From positions 320,001 through 384,000 of the forward strand of contig CAVRGP010000011.1 of NCBI GenBank assembly GCA_963720755.1: a stretch of 64,000 nucleotides of DNA, given 5' to 3'. Each line of letters opens with the position of its first letter. Positions within the stretch are counted from its first letter, which is position 1. The position numbers and the translations under genes were made by a program. The notes below the pieces were generated by a model. It worked only from the letters and a program-made list of their open reading frames with translations, made no database searches and was not told where the DNA came from. Positions 1 to 9,871 of this stretch are shown one piece after another. This DNA comes from an uncultured Chloroflexia bacterium (GTDB taxonomy: Bacteria > Chloroflexota > Limnocylindria > Limnocylindrales > CSP1-4).

Positions 1-309
1 AGTCTCGCGGCGGCCGAGGCCGACGCCCGGTACGTCGGCCTGGTCCTGTTCAGCTACCCGCTCCATCCGCCCGGCGCCCCGGATCGAGCGGCAGCCAGGA
101 CGGCACACTGGCCGTCTATCCGTTGCCCGGTCCTGCTCCTGTCGGGTACGTCCGATCCGTTCGCGAAGATCGACCTGCTGCGTGCCGCGGTGCGGGACCT
201 GCCGGCCGCGGAGCTCGTGACGTACCCGCGCCTTGGCCACACCCTGAGGCCCGCCCTCGATGACGTCCTCGATCGGGTCGCGGCCTTCCTGCGGGCGTTG
301 CCCGGGTGA
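1..309 (+). CDS. alpha/beta-fold hydrolase (dienelactone hydrolase/KANL3-like), 5'-truncated by window edge
   Basis: Frame 1 reads ...GLVLFSYPLHPPG...PVLLLSGTSDPF...YPRLGH...; TGA at 307-309. Not in the ORF track because it is partial. Confidence 0.8.
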   Translation, partial: SLAAAEADARYVGLVLFSYPLHPPGAPDRAAARTAHWPSIRCPVLLLSGTSDPFAKIDLLRAAVRDLPAAELVTYPRLGHTLRPALDDVLDRVAAFLRALPG

Positions 310-480
310 TCGGACGATCCGGCGCGGCCGAGGCGCCTTGCCCCGCGCACCGGTCTTCGCTATCCTGACCGACCCAAGCGTCCGGCCGACCAGAAAGCTC
401 ACCCAGGCACCGGGCGCCACAACTCATCCAGCCGCGGTCCGTCGCGCTCACCGCGCGGCCCCTGGCAGGAAGGAGTCACA

Positions 481-1323
481 TTGCGAGTGCAGTCCGGTCG
501 CCCGAGGGCGGCCCTCGTCGCATCTCTCGCGGCGATCATCCTCGTCGGCGCCCTGGGCGTCGGATCGACCCTCGCGGCCGACCCGCCCGGTCAGGCACGG
601 TTCCTGTGGGCTCTCGGCAAGGTCGAGTCCGGCGGCGACTACTTCGCCCTGAATCCGACCACCGGCGCGTACGGCAAGTACCAGATCATCCCGTCGAGCT
701 GGAGGGCGTGGGCGAACCGGTACCTGGGTGATCCGGCGGCGAAGCCGACGCCCGGCAATCAGGAAGTGGTCGCGTCGTCCAAGGTGCGGGCGCTCTATCG
801 CGGGCTGGATCGGTGGCGCCGGGTCGCCTACTGGTGGCTGACCGGCTCGAGCCAGACGGCGGGTTGGTCCGGAGCTGCCACGAGCTACGTGTCGCGGATC
901 ATGGATCTGTATCGCTCCAGGGCCGGTGGAGGTCCGGGCACGCCGCTTTCGAAGCGCCATTCCTATTCCGAGAAGAGCCCGCGGATCGCCTATGCCGGAC
1001 GGTGGAAGTCAGCCACCTACGGCGGGTACGCCGGCGGCGCGGTCGCCTATTCGACGGCAGCGGGAGCGACCGCCACCTTCACCTTCACCGGCACGCGGAT
1101 CACCTGGTACGGGCCGGTCGGTCCGACCCGCGGTCGAGCGCGGGTCTTCGTGGATGGGACGCCGGTCAAGGTCGTCGATCTCCACGCGAGTTCGTTCACC
1201 GCCAGCAAGGCACTGTTCACGAGGCGCTGGTCGACCGCTGGTCAGCACACCCTCACGATCGAAGTCGTCGGGACGCCTGGTCGGCCATACGTCGCGATCG
1301 ATCGGTTGGTCGTGCTCGAGTAA
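481..1323 (+). CDS. secreted protein: lysozyme/transglycosylase-like N-domain plus C-terminal beta-sandwich (carbohydrate-binding-like)
   Basis: TTG start after AAGGAG; signal peptide; VESGGDY..NPTTGAYGKYQ motif; C-terminal YAGRW...FTFTGT..GPTRG.A.VFVDG..HTLTIEV..AIDRL. Confidence 0.75.
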   Translation: MRVQSGRPRAALVASLAAIILVGALGVGSTLAADPPGQARFLWALGKVESGGDYFALNPTTGAYGKYQIIPSSWRAWANRYLGDPAAKPTPGNQEVVASSKVRALYRGLDRWRRVAYWWLTGSSQTAGWSGAATSYVSRIMDLYRSRAGGGPGTPLSKRHSYSEKSPRIAYAGRWKSATYGGYAGGAVAYSTAAGATATFTFTGTRITWYGPVGPTRGRARVFVDGTPVKVVDLHASSFTASKALFTRRWSTAGQHTLTIEVVGTPGRPYVAIDRLVVLE

Positions 1324-1361
1324 CGTGATGCGCAACCGTCCACGCGGATGCCTGACGACGC

Positions 1362-2558
1362 TCAGCGGTCGCGCGACCGCCAGGCATCGCGCACCTTGAT
1401 CCGACCGCCGACCTGGAGCACGGCTCCCGAGTAGATCCGGGCGCCGACCGAGAACAGCCCCCAGATGCCGAGCACGGTGATGACCATCGACAGGCCGATC
1501 TGCCACGGCGGGATCGCTCCGAAGGCGGCGCGCAGCGGCACGACGAATGGCGCCGACGGCGGGATGAACGTGGCGATCGTCGCCACGACGCCGGTCGGGT
1601 CGTCGAGGACGGAGAAGATGGCCACGAAGTAGCTCGCCATCGCGATCATCGATACCGGCGTCGAGGCATTCGACGCTTCTTCCGGTCTCGAAGCCAGGGC
1701 GCCGAGCGAGCCGAGCGCCGTGGCGTAGAGCGAGTAGCCGAGGATGAACCAGACCACCAACAGGGCGATCGCTCCAGGGGTCGTTCGCGGAAGCTCGACC
1801 TCGCTGGTCACCGACGTCGCGACGAGGGCGGCGACCATGAACACCGCGAGTTGGGCGATCCCGAGCACGCCGATCCCGAGGACCTTGCCCATGAGCAGAT
1901 CGCGCGCCCGGACGGTCGACAGGACGACTTCGACGACACGACTCTGCTTTTCCTCGACGACCCCTGTCAGGACGGTGAACCCGAAGCTGAAGATGCCGAC
2001 GAGGATGGCGATGGCGCCGATGTTGGCGACGATGAACTGGGCCTGATCCACTTCGGAACGGGCGTCGATCGTCGATATGACCGGAGGTTGCTGGGCAGCG
2101 GCCAGGCCGGCCTGATCGACGTCGCTGGGCGCCAGCACGCCCTGGATCCGCAATCCGATCGTCGCGGCCGACAGCATCTGCACGATGGCCGGATCGGCGT
2201 CCTTCTTGAAATGCACCTCGCCCGGTCCGCTCAGGTCGGCCGGCATGTCGACGACCACGTCGACGCTCCCGTCGACGAGGGCCGCGTCGGCCTGGGTAGC
2301 GGACTCGAACGTCGAGATCTCGACCGTCTGGTCGGATCGTTTCGCCACGGACTCGATGGCGACGTCGAGCCCGGGTGGAGCCGGCTGGACCACGCCGATC
2401 GTGGTGGTCGCATCGTCACCGCGCAGGATCGCCGGGATCACGAGCGATGCGACCACGATCGCGGTCGTGAACAGGACGCTGAGGATGTAGCCACGACTCC
2501 GTCCCCGTTCGAGGATCTCGCGGCGGGCGACCAGCCAGACGCTGCGCCAGCGCGGCAT
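1362..2558 (-). CDS. ABC-2 type transporter permease (NatB-like)
   Basis: Start MPRWRSVWLVARRE overlaps the ATPase stop (ATGA); VEEKQSRVVEVVLS..LLMGK motif; multiple TM helices. Confidence 0.88.
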   Translation of the reverse strand: MPRWRSVWLVARREILERGRSRGYILSVLFTTAIVVASLVIPAILRGDDATTTIGVVQPAPPGLDVAIESVAKRSDQTVEISTFESATQADAALVDGSVDVVVDMPADLSGPGEVHFKKDADPAIVQMLSAATIGLRIQGVLAPSDVDQAGLAAAQQPPVISTIDARSEVDQAQFIVANIGAIAILVGIFSFGFTVLTGVVEEKQSRVVEVVLSTVRARDLLMGKVLGIGVLGIAQLAVFMVAALVATSVTSEVELPRTTPGAIALLVVWFILGYSLYATALGSLGALASRPEEASNASTPVSMIAMASYFVAIFSVLDDPTGVVATIATFIPPSAPFVVPLRAAFGAIPPWQIGLSMVITVLGIWGLFSVGARIYSGAVLQVGGRIKVRDAWRSRDR

Positions 2559-3469
2559 CAGGCGACCTCGCCGGGCTCGCCCGGAGCGACGGCCTCCATG
2601 AACAACTCCGAGAGCCGCGGCGGTTGGTAGGCGAAGGTCCTGACTTCGCCGGCGGCCCTCGCCAGGGCAAGCAGATCGTCGAGGTCTTCCGACCGGTCGA
2701 CCAGGAGCTTGATCCTGTCGCCATCGCGCTCGACGACCATCACGTCCGGTCGATCGCGGAGCCAGGAGCCGCCCGATCCAGCAACGTCGATCTCGAGATG
2801 GCGGCGACCGGCCGCCGCCCGAAGCGCCTCGATCGCGCCGGACGCGACGATCCGTCCGCGCGCGATGATGACGACGTCCTCGCACACATCCTCGACGAGG
2901 TCGAGTTGGTGACTGGAGAAGATGACGCCGACGCCGGCTGCCGCACGCTCCCGGACGACCCGGGTCATCGTCGCGATGCCGATCGGGTCCAGGCCGGAGA
3001 ACGGTTCGTCGAGGACGAGCAGGGTCGGGTCGTGGACCAACGCCGTGGCGAGCTGGATCCGTTGCTGGTTGCCGTGCGACAGCTCCTCCAGCTTCGACTT
3101 CGCGCGGTCAGCCAGACCCATCTCGTCGAGCCAGCGGATGGTCGCGGCATCGGCCGCCTTGCCCGACATGCCGTGCTGCTGGGCGAAGTAGCTCAGCTGG
3201 TCCGCGACACGCATCCGAGGGTAGAGCCCGCGCTGTTCCGGCATGTATCCGAACCGCAGCCGGATATCGCGATCGACCGCCTTGCCGTTCCACCGGATGT
3301 CGCCGCGATCCGGTCGAGCGAGTCCGAAGATGCAGCGCATCGCGGTCGTCTTGCCCGCGCCGTTCGGACCCAGGAAGCCGACGACCCGACCCGGGACGGC
3401 CTGGAACGTGGCGCCGTCGAGGGCGACGACGCTCCCGTAGCGCTTGGCCAGGTCGACGATCTCGAGCAT
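2558..3469 (-). CDS. ABC transporter ATP-binding protein
   Basis: Walker A GPNGAGKT, LSHGNQQ signature, Walker B VLDEP. Confidence 0.95.
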   Translation of the reverse strand: MLEIVDLAKRYGSVVALDGATFQAVPGRVVGFLGPNGAGKTTAMRCIFGLARPDRGDIRWNGKAVDRDIRLRFGYMPEQRGLYPRMRVADQLSYFAQQHGMSGKAADAATIRWLDEMGLADRAKSKLEELSHGNQQRIQLATALVHDPTLLVLDEPFSGLDPIGIATMTRVVRERAAAGVGVIFSSHQLDLVEDVCEDVVIIARGRIVASGAIEALRAAAGRRHLEIDVAGSGGSWLRDRPDVMVVERDGDRIKLLVDRSEDLDDLLALARAAGEVRTFAYQPPRLSELFMEAVAPGEPGEVA

Positions 3470-3484
3470 CGGAACCCCCCCCGC

Positions 3485-4699
3485 CTAGGCCACGTCGAGG
3501 ATCCGGTAGGCTCGCTCGCCGGCCGGGGTCTTGACGACCACGAAGTCGCCGATCTCCCGACCCACGAGGGCTCGACCAACCGGCGACGCCGACGAGATAC
3601 GGCCGCGCGCCGGCTCCGATTCGTCCGCCCCGACGATGGTATAGGTGACCGTCTCACCGTCGTCGTCCACGGTCACGACCGACCCGAGCCCGATCCTCGA
3701 GCCAGCAACCGGTGCGGCCACGATCACCGCTGAGCGCAGGCGTGCCTCGATCGCCTGGACTCGTCCCTCGAGGAACGATTGCTCCTCGCGCGCGGCGTGA
3801 TAGTCGGAGTTCTCCTTGAGGTCGCCGTGCTCCTTGGCTGTCCGGATCCGGGCGATCACCTGGGGGCGCTTGACCCGGGTCAGCTCGTCGAGTTCGGCGC
3901 GCAGCCGTTCCGCTCCCTCGGCGGTCAGCGCTTCCGCGACCAGCACCGGTGGCTGATCGTCGGCGGCCGGTGCCGCTTCGGTCGATACGGGCCGAGTCGG
4001 TCGCCTGGTCGGCCGGCGCTTTGGCTCGGGTGGATCGCCTCGAGCTCCCTCGGCGTCGCCGTCGGCGACGTTGACGATCCTGGTCGGTGGCGGAGGTGCC
4101 TCGACCGGCTCGACCAGCAGTGAACCGCTGATCCCGGTGATCTTGCGCTCGCCGGTCGGACGCCGGAGGTTCGCCCAGGGGAGGACGAGGTCGCGGTCCG
4201 GGAGTGCGGCCAGGTCCGCTTCCGGGACGCGTTCGGCGAAGGCCGAGAGCAGGGCATCCTCGTATTCCTCGGTGGCATCCGTCGCGGCCCACCAGATGCG
4301 CAGGTCGTCGAGCGAGCGCAGCGTCTTCAGCCAATGGCCGCCGGCATACGGCTTTCGATCCCCAAGCTCCGTCCGTGCCATGGCGCCGACTCGTCGGCCG
4401 ACCGAGACCTCGGACACGCCGATGTACAGGATCGGCCGAGACGGCAGCCAGAACGACGCGAGCCGAGCCGCGAGCGCCTTCGACGTCGGTCGCTGGTCAT
4501 CGAGCCGAAGGGTCTCGACGCGTTCGATCCACTTGCCGACCCGGGTCATCTCGATAGGGGCGCTCGCGACTGGCCCCGGCATCTCGATGATGAAGACGCC
4601 CGGACCCGGGGCGGGAACCTGGTGCCCCCACCGGCTGGGTCCATCGGCCATGAGGCCGATCGCGCGGAAGAGCGAGGCTGCGCCGATGTCGTTGGTCAT
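3485..4699 (-). CDS. greA: transcription elongation factor GreA fused to an N-terminal GIY-YIG-like domain
   Basis: C-terminal ~150 aa: LTAEG..L..EL..L...RP.....A.EHGDLKENSDY.AA..EQ...ISSASPVGRAL. N-terminal GVF..LYIG..RR..E..LPWAN. Start chosen at MTND, 6 nt after TACCAT. Confidence 0.85.
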   Translation of the reverse strand: MTNDIGAASLFRAIGLMADGPSRWGHQVPAPGPGVFIIEMPGPVASAPIEMTRVGKWIERVETLRLDDQRPTSKALAARLASFWLPSRPILYIGVSEVSVGRRVGAMARTELGDRKPYAGGHWLKTLRSLDDLRIWWAATDATEEYEDALLSAFAERVPEADLAALPDRDLVLPWANLRRPTGERKITGISGSLLVEPVEAPPPPTRIVNVADGDAEGARGDPPEPKRRPTRRPTRPVSTEAAPAADDQPPVLVAEALTAEGAERLRAELDELTRVKRPQVIARIRTAKEHGDLKENSDYHAAREEQSFLEGRVQAIEARLRSAVIVAAPVAGSRIGLGSVVTVDDDGETVTYTIVGADESEPARGRISSASPVGRALVGREIGDFVVVKTPAGERAYRILDVA

Positions 4700-4764
4700 C
4701 GGTCGATGGTACAGGTGACCGGCTCGCGCTATGGTGCGATCCACATGGACCGTCATCGCCCGTC

Positions 4765-6132
4765 ATGATCCGAGTCACCCGACGCGCCCTCCTGGTCATC
4801 GCGGTGGTCATGGTGGCCATCGGGATCTGGCTGGTGTCTCCTCGGTTCGGATCGTCCGGGGGTCCCCTCGCCACTCCGGAGACCGGCCAGGCCGCCTCGG
4901 CCGCAGTGACCGCGTCACCGGCCGACACGGGGACCTCCGGCCCGGGCTCAGGACAGCCCGTGGTCCCAAGCTCGACCGTCCCGCCTGCATCGCCGACGGC
5001 CAGTCCCGTCGCTCCAGCCGCGGCCCCACCGCCGAGCGCCACCCCGGCGTTGACCGCCGCGCTGGACGCGCGTCTCGAACGGCTGCGGGCGAAATACGGG
5101 ATGCCCGGCATCAGTGCCTCGATCCTGTTCGCCGACGGGACCAGCTGGCAAGGGACCGCGGGACTGGCGGACGTTGCCGCCGGCCGACCGGTGACACATG
5201 ACACGGCCTTCTCGGTGGCGAGCGTGTCCAAGACGTTCACGTCGGCGCTGATCCTGGCCCTCATCGAGGATGGCCGGCTCAGCCTGGATTCGACCGCGCG
5301 GACGTACCTCCCGGATCTCAAGATCAACCGGGCGATCACGGTCCGGGAACTGCTCGACCACACAAGCGGGCTGCGCGACTACTTCTACAACCCGACGATC
5401 GACCACGCGTTGCTCACCAAGCCGGCCGCAGTGTGGAGCGCCGCCCGGTCACTTCGCTACCTGGGGAAGCCGTATTCCAAGCCGGGCGTGTCGTGGCACT
5501 ACTCGAACACGAACTACTTGATCCTCGGCATGCTCGCGAAGGTCGTCGGTGGGGCGCCGGTCGCGGATCAACTCCGCGCCCGGTTCTTCGACCCGCTCGG
5601 GCTCGACCACACGTTCTACCAGTCGGTCGAGGCACCTCGGGGGCCGGTCGCACGGGGATATCGGTTCCTCGGCACGGACCCGTCCCTGCCGGCCATCGAT
5701 CTGTCGGATGGGACAGACGTCGTGCCGTTCACCTCGGTCGTCACGGCCGCCGGGGCAGCGGGTTCGATCGCGACCGATGCCGTCGACCTCGCTCGCTGGG
5801 CGAAGGCCCTGTACGCCGGCCAAGCCTTGTCACCAGTGTCGCGTGCGGCGATGGTCGCGGATCTCCAGCGCACCGCGCAGTACGCCCCCGGGGTCCGCTA
5901 CGGTCTTGGCGTCCAGTCCGTCGAAGTGGCCGGCCATCCCACCCTCGGCCATTCCGGCCGGTTCCTCGGCGCGCGTGCCGCGATGCGGTGGCTGCCGGAC
6001 GAACAGATCGCCATCTCGGTCCTGACCAACCAGAGCCGCAGTGACCCGAACGCGGTGGTCAGGGCGCTTCTCAAGGTCATCCTTCCGACGCCGACACCGA
6101 CCGCGTGTCCGACGTGCCCGGCTGCCCCCTGA
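4765..6132 (+). CDS. serine hydrolase, beta-lactamase/D-Ala-D-Ala carboxypeptidase family, membrane-anchored
   Basis: SxxK (ASVSK), LLDHTSG, YSN, GHSG; N-terminal TM helix and Pro/Ser linker. Confidence 0.9.
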   Translation: MIRVTRRALLVIAVVMVAIGIWLVSPRFGSSGGPLATPETGQAASAAVTASPADTGTSGPGSGQPVVPSSTVPPASPTASPVAPAAAPPPSATPALTAALDARLERLRAKYGMPGISASILFADGTSWQGTAGLADVAAGRPVTHDTAFSVASVSKTFTSALILALIEDGRLSLDSTARTYLPDLKINRAITVRELLDHTSGLRDYFYNPTIDHALLTKPAAVWSAARSLRYLGKPYSKPGVSWHYSNTNYLILGMLAKVVGGAPVADQLRARFFDPLGLDHTFYQSVEAPRGPVARGYRFLGTDPSLPAIDLSDGTDVVPFTSVVTAAGAAGSIATDAVDLARWAKALYAGQALSPVSRAAMVADLQRTAQYAPGVRYGLGVQSVEVAGHPTLGHSGRFLGARAAMRWLPDEQIAISVLTNQSRSDPNAVVRALLKVILPTPTPTACPTCPAAP

Positions 6133-6282
6133 CGAAGGCTGGTCGACCGAGTGCCGGTGGTGCTCGTTGGCAACGAACCCTCGCGGGGTACGTACCACCG
6201 CCGACGCACTTCGGTACCGACGGGCTCTTTCCGGCGATCGATGCCGCGACCAGACTGGCGAGAACCCACGACGGGGGTGAAG

Positions 6283-6819
6283 ATGACGGTCCAGGTCGAC
6301 GCGTACACGAGTGCAGGGTTGGCGAGGGGAATGCTCGGCTGGCCCGGGTCGCTCCGCGACGTGCTCGAGACCGGGACGCTCCTGCTCGAGGGTGCAGCCT
6401 GGCAGGGACTCGGGGCGTCGATGCCGGAGTCCATCCGATCGCTGTCCATCCCGAGCGACGATGTGCTGGTCGCGGTCGGGGACGAGGACCCGGGCGTCTC
6501 GGTCCACGCCGCCTGGCATCACATCCGTCTCGAGGCCGGACCGTATACGGTGGAAGGCGAGCTTCCGACCCAGCCCGGGTTCGACCCGGGTCGCGCGCTG
6601 ACCCGGCCGTCGGGTGAATTCCTCGAGTTACGCGACGTTCGGTTGACGTTGAGCGGTCGCCCCGACGGCGGCCTCGCGACCGGTCGTCACGCCCTGGTCA
6701 ATCGCTATGCGGTGGAACGGATCCAGGCCGATCTGATGCTCGGCTTCTTCTTTCCCGGGGCGACCGTCGATCCCGACCCGATCGGCGACGCCGTCTCCGC
6801 GCGGCCCGCGCAGCCCTGA
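6283..6819 (+). CDS. hypothetical protein
   Basis: Coding-like codon usage from MTVQVDAY; start uncertain. Confidence 0.65.
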   Translation: MTVQVDAYTSAGLARGMLGWPGSLRDVLETGTLLLEGAAWQGLGASMPESIRSLSIPSDDVLVAVGDEDPGVSVHAAWHHIRLEAGPYTVEGELPTQPGFDPGRALTRPSGEFLELRDVRLTLSGRPDGGLATGRHALVNRYAVERIQADLMLGFFFPGATVDPDPIGDAVSARPAQP

Positions 6820-6822
6820 GCG

Positions 6823-8085
6823 TCAGCCGCCCGAACTCGGCGCTCCCGCTCGTCGGCGAACGGGCTTCCGGTGGGCGTGGTGTTCCGGGGCGGTCCGCGC
6901 GTGACCTGCCCGTGCGCCGAGCGGGCGGGGCTCGGCGCTCCGATCCGGGATGAACCCCTCCTCGACCGTCCAGGGGATGGCATGCTTGAGCATCCGCTGG
7001 ACACCGCGAAGGAGATCGGTCTCGTCGATGCAGACGAGCGAGATGGCCTCGCCGGTCGCCCCGGCCCGGCCCGTCCGTCCGATGCGATGGATGTAGTCCT
7101 GCGGGTTCCACGGCAATTCGAAGTTGACGACCACCGGCAGATCCTCGATGTCCAGTCCGCGTGCCGCCACATCGGTCGCGACGAGCACCCGGATCTCGCC
7201 TGACTTGAAGGCGGCCAGGGCTTTCGTCCGCTCGGGCTGGGATCGGTCGGAGTGGATCGCCACCGCGTCGAGACCCTCGCGATCGAGGCGCGTCGCCAGG
7301 CGGCTGGCCGCCAGCTTCGTCCGGGTGAAGACGAGGACCTGACGCAGGTCATCCTTCCGGATCAGGTGCGCCAGGAGGGCCTCCTTGCGGTCGCGATCGA
7401 CCGGGTAGACCAGTTGACGAACGGCTTCGGCCGCCGTATTGCGAGGGGCGACCTCGACGGTTGCCGGGTCGCGCAGGATGCCGCCCGACAGGCGCCGGAT
7501 GTCGTCCGAAAATGTGGCCGAGAACATGAGGTTCTGGCGTCTCTCCGGGAGCAGCGCGATGATCCGCTGGATATCCGGCAGGAAGCCCATGTCGAGCATG
7601 CGATCCGCCTCGTCGAGGACGAGGATCTCGACCTGACCGAGGTTGGCGACCCGCTGGCCGACGAGGTCGAGCAGCCGGCCTGGTGTCGCGACGAGGATCT
7701 CGACTCCGCCCCGCAGTGCCTTGATCTGCGGGTCCATCGGGATCCCGCCGTACACGACGGTCGAGCGAAGCGGTACCGTCCGGCCATAGGTCTGCACACT
7801 GGCATCGACCTGCATGGCAAGTTCCCGGGTGGGAACCAGAATGAGGACCCGGACCGGATGTCGAGCCGGGGAGAAACTGGTGTTGGCGTGCGCCCGGAGG
7901 CGGTCGAGGATCGGCAGCACGAAGGCGGCGGTCTTGCCGGTGCCCGTCTGCGCTGCGGCCAGGACGTCGCGGCCCTCGAGGACGAGCGGGATCGCTGCGG
8001 CCTGGACGGGGGTCGGGGTTTCGTACCTCTCCTCGGCGACCATGCGCACGAGGTCGGCCGAAAGGCCGAGCGAGTCGAAGGTCAA
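6823..8085 (-). CDS. rhlE: DEAD-box RNA helicase (RhlE-like)
   Basis: Q motif, AQTGTGKT, PTRELA, DEAD, SAT, ARGLD, HRIGRTGR; TTG start after AGGAG. Confidence 0.93.
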   Translation of the reverse strand: MTFDSLGLSADLVRMVAEERYETPTPVQAAAIPLVLEGRDVLAAAQTGTGKTAAFVLPILDRLRAHANTSFSPARHPVRVLILVPTRELAMQVDASVQTYGRTVPLRSTVVYGGIPMDPQIKALRGGVEILVATPGRLLDLVGQRVANLGQVEILVLDEADRMLDMGFLPDIQRIIALLPERRQNLMFSATFSDDIRRLSGGILRDPATVEVAPRNTAAEAVRQLVYPVDRDRKEALLAHLIRKDDLRQVLVFTRTKLAASRLATRLDREGLDAVAIHSDRSQPERTKALAAFKSGEIRVLVATDVAARGLDIEDLPVVVNFELPWNPQDYIHRIGRTGRAGATGEAISLVCIDETDLLRGVQRMLKHAIPWTVEEGFIPDRSAEPRPLGARAGHARTAPEHHAHRKPVRRRAGAPSSGG

Positions 8086-8213
8086 AGAATGCTCCTGTGT
8101 GGTCCGGCCGTCGGCGCCGGTCAGGAGCGCGACGGTCGTCCGATCAACGTGCACCGATGGGTGCGGGCGGCGCCGGACCGCCGGAGCATAGCGGAAATGA
8201 GTAGGATCGGGCC

Positions 8214-8726
8214 GTGGCTGGCACCCGCACCCGAGCGATCGAGATCCTCCAGCGGGCAGGCGTGGCCCACGAGGTCCACGCGTATGACCTCCCGGAGCAC
8301 CACGGTCGGGAGCGCGACCGGAGACCGCACTTCGGGGCCGATGCCGCGGCAGCGCTCGGCGTTCTCCCGGGACGAGTCCTCAAGACGCTGGCGGTCGAAG
8401 TGGATGGGCGCCTGGTCCTCGCGGTGATCCCGGTCGATCGCGATCTCGACCTGAAGGCAGTCGGCGTGCTCGCCGGCGGCCGACGCGCGACGATGGCCGC
8501 TCCCGCTGATGCGGAACGCGCCACCGGCTATGTCGTCGGCGGGATCAGTCCATTGGGCTGCCGACGGACGCTTCCGGTCGTGATCGACGAAGCCACCCTG
8601 GGGCACGAGTCGGTCTTCGTTTCGGCGGGCCGTCGTGGACTGCAGGTGCGGCTCGCACCGGACGATCTGGTGCGTCTGTGCAGCGCCAATACGGGTCCGC
8701 TGTCGAGGGACCATGGTCCGGGATGA
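8214..8726 (+). CDS. ybaK: Cys-tRNA(Pro) deacylase YbaK
   Basis: VLKTL, AERATGYVVGGISPLG, VSAGRRG motifs. Confidence 0.9.
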   Translation: MAGTRTRAIEILQRAGVAHEVHAYDLPEHHGRERDRRPHFGADAAAALGVLPGRVLKTLAVEVDGRLVLAVIPVDRDLDLKAVGVLAGGRRATMAAPADAERATGYVVGGISPLGCRRTLPVVIDEATLGHESVFVSAGRRGLQVRLAPDDLVRLCSANTGPLSRDHGPG

Positions 8727-8979
8727 CGCCTCAAGTGGGTCCTGCCATACTGAGCAGGCTCACACGCAACGCACCCCTTCAGAGGCCAACAGAAGACCGC
8801 CGCCCCCACGGCAGCATCCCTGTCACCTCGTCGCGCTCCCGAGCGCGACTGTCTCCCGGAACGTCCAGGTCGGGCCACGCCATGGCCCGGGCCTCGGCAC
8901 GAACCCGAGCCTGTCGTCGGAGGCCCATCACCGTCGTCGCGTGGCAGCGCGATGTTCCGGCGAACAGGAGGCATGAGTC

Positions 8980-9822
8980 TTGCCAGTCCCCAAGACCGGC
9001 GCCCAGCGGGCGTCTTCCAGCTGGATGATCCGAGTCATCGTCCTGGCCATGACGATGACCCTCGTCGGTGGCTATGCGGCATCGGATCCGACACCGGCAT
9101 CGGCCGCGAGCATGAAGGTCGTGGTGATCGTCGGGCCGGTCGGTTCGAGTACGAAGAAATACAAGAAGAGCGCCAAGCGATACGCCGCCCAGGCCCGCTC
9201 CTATGGCGCGAACGTGATCGAGGTCTACAGCCCGAACGCGAGCTGGAAGCGGGTCAGGGCCGCTGCTCAGGGCGCGAACATCCTCATCTACCTGGGCCAT
9301 GGCAACGGTTCGCCGAGCCCGTACGGCGCCTTCTCCAAGTACAACAAGGACGGGTTCGGTCTCAACCGGTCCGTCGGCCATGGCAATCGCAACACGCGGT
9401 ATTGGGGCGAGTACTACATCAAGAACGGTCTGCACCTCGCTCCGAATGCGGTCGTGATCCTCAATCGCCTGTGCTATGCCTCCGGCAATTCGGAGTGGGG
9501 TCGTCCGAACCCGACCAAGTCGGTGGCCAAGCAGCGGGTCGACAACTACGGGGCCGGATTCCTCCGCGCGGGGGCCGCTGTCGTCTTCGCCGAGGGGATC
9601 ACCTCGGCCTCGTACATCCTTGACGACCTGTTCACGTCGACCAAGACGATGGGCGAGATCTTCCGGGGTTCGCCCGATTGGGTCGGCGCGTACGACTTCA
9701 CCTTCAGCTCGAGTCGAACGCCCGGTCGGAGCGTCTGGATGGCGCCGTACGCGCCGCATCGCTACTACCGATCGGTGGTCGGCCATCTCGGGGTCGCCGC
9801 CACGGCGGTACGCGGCTCGTGA
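8980..9822 (+). CDS. secreted basic protein with caspase/gingipain(clan CD)-like His-Gly...Cys pattern
   Basis: AGGAGG then TTG; signal peptide; ILIYLGHG and VILNRLCY motifs. Confidence 0.65.
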   Translation: MPVPKTGAQRASSSWMIRVIVLAMTMTLVGGYAASDPTPASAASMKVVVIVGPVGSSTKKYKKSAKRYAAQARSYGANVIEVYSPNASWKRVRAAAQGANILIYLGHGNGSPSPYGAFSKYNKDGFGLNRSVGHGNRNTRYWGEYYIKNGLHLAPNAVVILNRLCYASGNSEWGRPNPTKSVAKQRVDNYGAGFLRAGAAVVFAEGITSASYILDDLFTSTKTMGEIFRGSPDWVGAYDFTFSSSRTPGRSVWMAPYAPHRYYRSVVGHLGVAATAVRGS

Positions 9823-9871
9823 CCTAAGAGCTCGATCCGACTCGCCCGCCCTGCGCGGGCCATCGCTGCAC

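Noticed and set aside
361-480. Shared RNA motif between leaders of the 481 and 8980 genes (gtcgcgctc)
   Set aside because: Similarity too short to be significant at this GC content
8900-8926. c-di-AMP (ydaO) riboswitch 3' motif
   Set aside because: cccgagcctgtc..ggaggc is similar, but AGCUAAC and the 5' conserved half are missing
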